Shown: positions 26,282 to 32,000 of the stretch, piece after piece
Numbering within the stretch: position 1 is the stretch's first letter
Layout of the letters: each line of letters starts with the position of its first letter
Assembly (NCBI RefSeq): GCF_000172995.2
Contig: NC_014729.1
Span: 60,001 to 92,000, forward strand
Origin: Halogeometricum borinquense DSM 11551
GTDB taxonomy: Archaea > Halobacteriota > Halobacteria > Halobacteriales > Haloferacaceae
Reading direction: 5' to 3'
Length of the DNA: 32,000 nucleotides
Notes under the pieces: generated by a model
Databases searched by the model: none
Seen by the model: only the letters and a program-made list of their open reading frames with translations
What the model was told of the DNA's origin: nothing
Translations under genes and position numbers: made by a program

Positions 26282-26863
26282 TCAGAGAACACCCCCGATT
26301 GCGAGAACAGTCCGAACGGCGACGAGGAGAAAGAGGATACCGAACACGTCGCCCGTCGTCGTCACGATAGGGCCGACGAGCGTATCGGGGTTGCGCCCGC
26401 GACGGTAGCCCGCGAAGACGACAGTAACGACGACGGCGATGAGAACGGCACCCGAGAGTAACCCAGCGAGGACGGCGATACCGACGAGAACCGGAAGCGG
26501 TGCGACTCGGTTCCCGAGGGCGGAAAGCACGAGGAAGACGGCGACAGCGGCGAATGCGGAGGCGAGGAGACCGTTTCCAAGAGCGGCCGCGGCGGCGGCA
26601 CGGAGGCGGCGGTCACCGGCGGTGACGCGCGGTTCGATGAGACCCTGATGGAGTGCGGTGGCGATGCGCGCCCCGAGCGACCCGTAGACGTTTCCTCTGG
26701 TGGCGAGGAGAGCGGGGACGAGGACGATGAGACCCGGTACGTCGCGGAGTTCCGCACGCATGCCGCCGAGAACGATACCCGCGATGAGACCACCGACCAA
26801 ACTGGCGACGAGTGCCGGGAGCGCTTCCCGGTACGCCTCCGTGGCCGCATCGCGGATGGTCAT
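26282..26863 (-). CDS. MgtE-type divalent cation transporter, membrane domain only (193 aa)
   Basis: LIVLVPALLATRGNVYGSLGARIATALHQG is a paralogue of the adjacent gene. No N-terminal MgtE_N or CBS domains. Confidence 0.85.
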   Translation of the reverse strand: MTIRDAATEAYREALPALVASLVGGLIAGIVLGGMRAELRDVPGLIVLVPALLATRGNVYGSLGARIATALHQGLIEPRVTAGDRRLRAAAAAALGNGLLASAFAAVAVFLVLSALGNRVAPLPVLVGIAVLAGLLSGAVLIAVVVTVVFAGYRRGRNPDTLVGPIVTTTGDVFGILFLLVAVRTVLAIGGVL

Positions 26864-26885
26864 ACAGAGTTCGACGGACGCCGGG

Positions 26886-26893
26886 ATAAAAAG
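26886..26893 (-). promoter_or_regulatory. Candidate TATA box (CTTTTTAT on the minus strand) for the mgtE-like pair; the T-run may also terminate srp54
   Basis: 23 nt upstream of the ATG at 26863. It is the only A/T-rich element in the 78-nt spacer. Confidence 0.4.
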
Positions 26894-26941
26894 TCGGACG
26901 TATCAGTGCGTGGCTATCCGGTGGTCAAACGTCTGAACGGT

Positions 26942-28336
26942 TCAGTCACCGAACGGACCCATGCCGCCGAGTCCGCCGCCACCGCCGCCGCCCTGATTCT
27001 GGAGTTTCTTCATCATCCGCTGCATGTCGCCGTCGCCCATCCCTTGGAACTGCTTGATGGTTCGCTCCATCATCTTGTGCTGTTCGAGCAGTTCCTGAAC
27101 CGTCTCTTCGTCCTTGCCGGACCCGCGGGCGATACGGCGGACACGGGAGGCACCGATAGTACGCGGATTCTCCAGTTCAGCTTCGGTCATCGAGTCCATG
27201 ATGACATCGAACGACCGCATCCGGTCTTGCGTCACGTCCATCGCGTCGTCGGGCAGTTGGTCTTTGAACCCGCCGCCGAGACCCGGGATCATGTCGAGAA
27301 CCTGATCCAGCGGTCCCATCCGATTCATCGCCTCCATCTGCTTTTGCATGTCCTTGAGGGTGAACGACCCCTTCATGATGTCCTCGGGGTCCCAGTCGTC
27401 TTCCTCCTCTTGGGTCTCGGCCATCGCGCGTTCGACCCGTTCGGACAGTTGCTTCAGGTCGCCCATCCCCAACAGACGGGAGATGAAGCCGTTGGGTTCG
27501 AAGCGTTCGATATCTTGGACCGTCTCACCGGTGCCGAGGAAGCCGATAGAGGAGTCCGTCTCGTTGACAGCCGTCAGGGCACCGCCACCCTTCGCCGTCC
27601 CGTCGAGTTTGGTGATGGCGACGCCGTCAATGCCGATGGAGTCGTCGAACTGCCGGGCTTGGTCTTTCGCGCCCTGCCCGATTGCGGCGTCGAGAACGAG
27701 TAGCGACCGGTCGGGGTTCACAGCGCTGTCGATATCCTCGATTTCGTCGATCAGCGCGTCTTCGAGGGCGTGCCGACCGGCGGTGTCCACGATGTGGATA
27801 TCGGCGTCCTCGGTGGCTTCCAGTCCGTCGCGGGCGATTTTGACGGGGTCCTCCTCGTCCGGGTCGCCGTAGAACTCCACCTCGGCGCGTTCGCACATCT
27901 GCTTTGCCTGGTCGTACGCACCGGGTCGGAAAGTGTCCGTCTGGATGACCGCAGCGCGGAGTCCCTTCGTCGAGAACCACCACGCCATCTTCGCGGCGGT
28001 AGTCGTCTTCCCCGACCCCTGCAATCCGGCGAGGAGGATAGTCTGCGGTTCTAGCGGGATATCGGTGGATTCGCCGATGAGGCCGACCAGTTCCTCGTAG
28101 ACGATTTTGAGGACGTGGTCGCGGGCGGAGGTTCCGCCGGGCGGTTCTTCGTTTAGCGCACGCTCTTTGATGGACGAAGAGAGGTCCATCACGAGATTCA
28201 CGTCCACGTCCGCAGAGAGAAGCGAGCGTTGAATCTCGCGGACGATCTCCTCGACGTCGTCCTCGTCGAGGCGGGACTTCCCCTGCAGTTTGTCGAGACT
28301 GCCGCGGAGAGAACTCCCGAGATTGTCGAGTACCAT
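26942..28336 (-). CDS. srp54: Signal recognition particle protein SRP54
   Basis: N domain, G domain ([24 protein letters not shown]), a Met-rich M domain and a Gly-rich C-terminus. Confidence 0.96.
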   Translation of the reverse strand: MVLDNLGSSLRGSLDKLQGKSRLDEDDVEEIVREIQRSLLSADVDVNLVMDLSSSIKERALNEEPPGGTSARDHVLKIVYEELVGLIGESTDIPLEPQTILLAGLQGSGKTTTAAKMAWWFSTKGLRAAVIQTDTFRPGAYDQAKQMCERAEVEFYGDPDEEDPVKIARDGLEATEDADIHIVDTAGRHALEDALIDEIEDIDSAVNPDRSLLVLDAAIGQGAKDQARQFDDSIGIDGVAITKLDGTAKGGGALTAVNETDSSIGFLGTGETVQDIERFEPNGFISRLLGMGDLKQLSERVERAMAETQEEEDDWDPEDIMKGSFTLKDMQKQMEAMNRMGPLDQVLDMIPGLGGGFKDQLPDDAMDVTQDRMRSFDVIMDSMTEAELENPRTIGASRVRRIARGSGKDEETVQELLEQHKMMERTIKQFQGMGDGDMQRMMKKLQNQGGGGGGGLGGMGPFGD

Positions 28337-28471
28337 TGACTCTCCCTACGCCGCCGCCCGTGTAAAGGCTTTATCCGTCGCTCCGCTGCACGTTCTTTCC
28401 GAACTGGACCAACAAGGAGACAGCCCCGAACAGCCCAAACGCTTTCTCCGAACCGGGCATCGAGAGAGACG

Positions 28472-29428
28472 ATGACGCGTATCCTCGTCCTCGACGACCC
28501 GGCGCACGGTATCCCCGCCTCCGAGTACGCCGACGAACTCAGAGAGCGCCTTCCGGAAACGACCGTTATCCACCGTGAGACGACTGAGGCGACTGTCGAA
28601 GCAGCCGCCGATGCTGCTGTGATTACGGGCATTCACCTCCCCGACGACGTACTGGAGGCCGCAGCGGAACTGCGTCTGTTCGCCGCCGCCTCGGCTGGAT
28701 ACGACCACCTCCCGCTCGACAGACTCCGGGAACGCGGTGTCACCGTAACGAACGCCTCGGGCGTCCACGGTCCGAACATCGCTGAGCACGTCATCGGATG
28801 GCTACTCATGCTTGCACGCAGTCTCGACGAGGGCATTCGACGGCAGCAACGCCGAGAGTGGCGGCAGTTTCAGGCGTTCGGCGAGTTACAAGGATCGACC
28901 GTCACGGTGGTCGGTCTCGGCGCGATAGGGCAGGCAATCGGAGAGCGTCTGGATCCGTTCGGCGTCGAAACCATCGGTGTGCGCTATACACCGGAGAAAG
29001 GCGGACCGACAGACGAAGTGATTGGGTTCGACGAGATAGAGTCCGCACTCGTTCAGACGGACTATCTCGTCCTCGCCTGTCCCCTGACCGAAACAACGGC
29101 GGGGTTAATCGACGCCGACGCTCTCAAGTCACTTCCGACGGATGCCGCTTTGGTGAACGTCGGGCGCGGCGGCGTCGTCGATACCGACGCGCTCGTTCGC
29201 ACGATTCGCCGGGATCGCCTCCGTGCGGCCGCACTCGACGTGACCGACCCGGAACCGCTTCCGCACGACCATCCGTTGTGGGACTTCGAGAACGTCCTTT
29301 TGACACCGCACGTCTCGGGATACACGCCGCAATACTGGACTCGCCGGGCGGACATCCTCGCGCGAAACATCGAACACATCTTCGAGACCGGCGAGTGGAC
29401 CGGATTGGAGAATCAGATTTCGCCCTGA
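28472..29428 (+). CDS. D-isomer-specific 2-hydroxyacid dehydrogenase family protein
   Basis: NAD-binding GLGAIGQAIGERL, catalytic-region pattern NVGRGGVVD ... TPHVSG. 318 aa. Confidence 0.9.
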   Translation: MTRILVLDDPAHGIPASEYADELRERLPETTVIHRETTEATVEAAADAAVITGIHLPDDVLEAAAELRLFAAASAGYDHLPLDRLRERGVTVTNASGVHGPNIAEHVIGWLLMLARSLDEGIRRQQRREWRQFQAFGELQGSTVTVVGLGAIGQAIGERLDPFGVETIGVRYTPEKGGPTDEVIGFDEIESALVQTDYLVLACPLTETTAGLIDADALKSLPTDAALVNVGRGGVVDTDALVRTIRRDRLRAAALDVTDPEPLPHDHPLWDFENVLLTPHVSGYTPQYWTRRADILARNIEHIFETGEWTGLENQISP

Positions 29429-29466
29429 GCGGAGGAGTTTTGTCGCTCTGTTGGAACGGCAAACCA

Positions 29467-30084
29467 ATGACGGACGTAGTCGCCGGACTGTCGCTCACGA
29501 CGTTTCTCGCCTTTTGTGGGGCCGCCGTCGCACTCATCCTTACGCCCGGACCGGACACGATGTACGTTCTCGCTCGTGGGATGCAGGGTCGCAGCGCGGG
29601 CGTCCGATCAGCACTCGGAATTTCGACTGGCGTGCTCGTCCACACCGCCGCGGCCGCACTCGGACTCGCGGCGCTCCTCAGGGCCGCACCGACGGCCTAC
29701 CGACTTGTGAAGTACGCCGGCGCACTGTATCTGATTTATCTCGGTCTCTCCGCCCTCCGCGATGACGAATTCGACCCGACAGTTCAGACTGATGCAGAAG
29801 GAAGCTTCCGACGCGGCGTGTTCGTCAATGCCCTAAACCCGAAAGTCGCGCTCTTCTTCCTCGCGTTCCTCCCGGGGTTCGCAGGGAGCGGTTCCGGTGC
29901 GGAACTACGGATGTTTCTCCTCGGTGGAACGTACGCCGTACTGACCGCACTCTATCTCTCGGGAGTGGCGTTCGCTTCCGGGCAGATGGGCAGTATGCTG
30001 GCGTCTTCGCGCTTCTCGTCGGGGTTGAACTGGCTCGGCGGCGGTGTGATGGTCGCACTCGGTGTCGGCGTCGCTGTCGAGTGA
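29467..30084 (+). CDS. LysE/RhtB-family amino-acid exporter
   Basis: MTDVVAGLSLTTFLAFCGAAVALILTPGPDTMYVL is the typical LysE N-terminus (TPGP motif). About 6 TM, 205 aa. The longer track ORF (from 28798) is an out-of-frame overlap with the dehydrogenase. Confidence 0.88.
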   Translation: MTDVVAGLSLTTFLAFCGAAVALILTPGPDTMYVLARGMQGRSAGVRSALGISTGVLVHTAAAALGLAALLRAAPTAYRLVKYAGALYLIYLGLSALRDDEFDPTVQTDAEGSFRRGVFVNALNPKVALFFLAFLPGFAGSGSGAELRMFLLGGTYAVLTALYLSGVAFASGQMGSMLASSRFSSGLNWLGGGVMVALGVGVAVE

Positions 30085-30152
30085 GAGGCGAATCTGGAGT
30101 GGAAACAGGGGGGTTCCGAAGTCGGATCGACGTGCGAACCGACGTCGGTTGA

Positions 30153-31493
30153 TTACTCGTCTTCCCCGAGGAGGCGTTCGACCATCCGCTCGGGGTCGAA
30201 CTGTTCGATGTCGTCGTAGCCCTGTCCCACACCGAGGAAGAGAATCGGTTTCCCCGTGACGTAGGCGATCGAGATAGCCGCGCCGCCATTGGAGTCGGCA
30301 TCGGCCTTCGTCAACACGGCCCCGTCGATCTCAGCGGCCTCGTTGAACTGCTTGGCACGTTCGACGGCGTCCTGTCCGGCGACGGCCTCGTCGACGAACA
30401 GCGTCAGGTCGGGTTCGACCACGCGGTCGATCTTCTCCAACTGCGCCATCAGGTCGTTGGACGTGTGCAGTCGGCCTGCAGTGTCTCCGAGGACGACGTC
30501 GATATCGTGCGCCTCGGCGTACTCAACGGCGTCGTAGATGACTGCCGCCGGGTCACCACCCTGTTCGTGGGAGATGATTTTCGTATCGAGGTTCTCCGCG
30601 TGCTTGCGAATCTGCTCGTTTGCTCCCGCACGGTAGGTGTCGCCGTTCGCGAGCACGACCGAGAGGCCCTGTTTCTCGAAGTAGCGGGCCATCTTGGCGA
30701 TACTCGTCGTCTTCCCGACGCCGTTGACGCCGGTGAAGATGAGCGTGACGGGCTTGTCCGCCTCGGCGATTCGCTGATCGAAGTCGAACTGGCCGACGCT
30801 GATCACGTCGTAGAGGGCGTCGTGAAGCGCCTCCTGGACGAGTTGGCCCATCGTCTCGACCTGTCGTCGCGTCTCGCCGACCATCTTCTCGCGGATGGTG
30901 TCCAGAATCTCCTCTGCGACGTGCATCTCCACGTCGCTCTCCAAGAGCGCCATCTCCAGTTCCCAGAGGGGGTCTTCGAGGTCTTCCTCCTCGATAATGA
31001 CCTTCCCCGTGGCGAACGCCGCCGCGCGCTTGAGTCGGCCCGCGCCGGACGACTCCTTCTGTCCGGATTCAAGGGCTTCGTTTGCGGCGTCAGAGGCGAG
31101 TCGCTCCCGACTGGACGCCGCTTCGTCCGCTTCGTCCGCAGCGGAGTCGTCCGCCGTGTCGCCACTCTCGTCTCCCGTCTCGGGCGTCTCAGAGTCCGGC
31201 GCAGGCGACGCTTGGGCATCAGCCGTTTCCGCCTCCGTCTCGGACGTTGTGTCGTCCGCATCCGAGACCGTGGCACTGTCGGCCGTCGTCTCAGTGGGTT
31301 CGTTCTCGCCGCCGACGGCCTCCGTGGCGTCCGCGTCGTGCGTCTCGGCGTCCGGAGTCTCTGTCTCGGTATCCGCGTCCGTGGTGTCGGCCGCTGCCTC
31401 CGCAGCCTCAGCTTGCGCTTCGGCCTTCTCTTCGGCGGTGTCCTCGACGTTCTCGCGGAAACTGTTGAGCTTCTTTTTCAGTCCGTCGAACAT
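30153..31493 (-). CDS. ftsY: Signal recognition particle receptor FtsY
   Basis: Acidic A/T/D/E-rich N-terminal region, then an NG domain with GVNGVGKTTSIAKMA, DTAGR and TKAD. Confidence 0.96.
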   Translation of the reverse strand: MFDGLKKKLNSFRENVEDTAEEKAEAQAEAAEAAADTTDADTETETPDAETHDADATEAVGGENEPTETTADSATVSDADDTTSETEAETADAQASPAPDSETPETGDESGDTADDSAADEADEAASSRERLASDAANEALESGQKESSGAGRLKRAAAFATGKVIIEEEDLEDPLWELEMALLESDVEMHVAEEILDTIREKMVGETRRQVETMGQLVQEALHDALYDVISVGQFDFDQRIAEADKPVTLIFTGVNGVGKTTSIAKMARYFEKQGLSVVLANGDTYRAGANEQIRKHAENLDTKIISHEQGGDPAAVIYDAVEYAEAHDIDVVLGDTAGRLHTSNDLMAQLEKIDRVVEPDLTLFVDEAVAGQDAVERAKQFNEAAEIDGAVLTKADADSNGGAAISIAYVTGKPILFLGVGQGYDDIEQFDPERMVERLLGEDE

Positions 31494-31529
31494 GTGAAAG
31501 TGAAAGCGTGTGAACCGGGGTCGAAGACG

Positions 31530-31991
31530 TTACTCGTCGTCGTCTTCCTGCATCTGCTGCATCTGCTGCATCTGCTGTTGCTGCATCTGCTGTTGCATCT
31601 GCTGGGCCTGCTGTTCGAGTTCGGAGCTCTCGTCTTCGAGATCCGAAATCTCGCCCTGAACCGCTGCGATGCGCTCGTCAATCGAGTCCTGCTTCAGGCG
31701 GAGTGCCTCGATGGCGTCGTCCTGCTCTTGCTCTGCGGCGTAGTCGCCGCCGAGACCGACGATGACCTCGTCGATGTCCTGCACGTCGGCACGGAGGTAC
31801 GCGCCGCCGCCGAGGGGAACCTGAACGGTCGAACCCGTCTCCAGCGTCTCGATAGCCTCGATGGCCTCGTCGATTTCACTCTTCTCCTGCTGAAGGTCCG
31901 AGACGTCGCCTTCGAGCTCTTCGATCTCTTGCTCGATGGCCTGCAGTTCCTGGGAGAGCTGCTGGAGTTGCTGCTGTCCGCCACCCATCAT
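31530..31991 (-). CDS. pfdA: Prefoldin alpha subunit
   Basis: Coiled coil, beta-hairpin (VQVPLGGGAYLRADV), coiled coil layout. Conserved position upstream of ftsY. Gln/Met-rich C-terminal tail. Start at ATG 31991 or 31988. Confidence 0.9.
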   Translation of the reverse strand: MMGGGQQQLQQLSQELQAIEQEIEELEGDVSDLQQEKSEIDEAIEAIETLETGSTVQVPLGGGAYLRADVQDIDEVIVGLGGDYAAEQEQDDAIEALRLKQDSIDERIAAVQGEISDLEDESSELEQQAQQMQQQMQQQQMQQMQQMQEDDDE

Positions 31992-32000
31992 TGTGCGGAC

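Noticed and set aside
26648-27703. 351-aa plus-strand ORF opposite srp54 (similarly 10324..11259 opposite tfb, 18378..19211 opposite rio1, and 19402..20043 and 19835..20497 opposite the KH and YjeF_N genes)
   Set aside because: Each overlaps a strongly supported gene on the other strand, lacks halophile-type acidity and has no recognisable domain.
28798-29466. N-terminal 223-aa extension of the LysE ORF in the six-frame track
   Set aside because: The extension is extremely Arg-rich and overlaps the 2-hydroxyacid dehydrogenase gene in another frame. The LysE family N-terminus (TPGP motif) begins right after the ATG at 29467.
1-32000. SRP (7S) RNA gene, expected by association with srp54 and ftsY
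   Set aside because: No non-coding gap exceeds about 230 nt, and none shows the conserved SRP RNA helix-8 type motifs on inspection. The gene is presumably elsewhere.

Overview
High-GC (about 65% by spot counts) haloarchaeal (class Halobacteria) chromosomal core segment, densely coding: about 35 CDS, 1 tRNA, no rRNA, no CRISPR array, no transposase or integrase. Left to right: bioY; an acidic hypothetical; an 1818-aa mcm gene carrying two LAGLIDADG inteins; a cluster of four unknown proteins ending in a MinD-type ATPase; tfb; a ParA/MinD-fold protein with a degenerate P-loop; a REC-PAS-GAF hybrid histidine kinase; two membrane proteins; HIT; tyrS; the conserved aIF-1A / Rio1 / KH-domain cluster; a broken NAD(P)HX-epimerase (YjeF_N) gene; a thermosome subunit; tRNA-Arg(TCT); a YccF-like protein; the UPF0200/UPF0201 pair; a Gate-domain membrane protein; two MgtE-type membrane-domain genes; srp54; a 2-hydroxyacid dehydrogenase; a LysE exporter; ftsY; prefoldin alpha. 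Many genes have an A/T-rich TATA-like box 23-31 nt upstream of the start codon, consistent with leaderless haloarchaeal transcripts. Most of this is housekeeping and I see no clear defence island or mobile island. The parts most worth a second look are: (1) the uncharacterised, partly translationally coupled cluster between mcm and the MinD-type ATPase, together with a second MinD/ParA-fold gene lacking both Walker A lysines; (2) intein 2 of mcm, which is compositionally foreign and has an extra HTH-containing module in its C-terminal splicing half; (3) the YjeF_N gene, broken by a G-run frameshift plus a discrete AT-richer 35-nt insertion; (4) short tandem repeats at two gene 3' ends; (5) an orphan ORB-like motif between lysE and ftsY. 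All family assignments come from reading motifs by eye; no database search was run.
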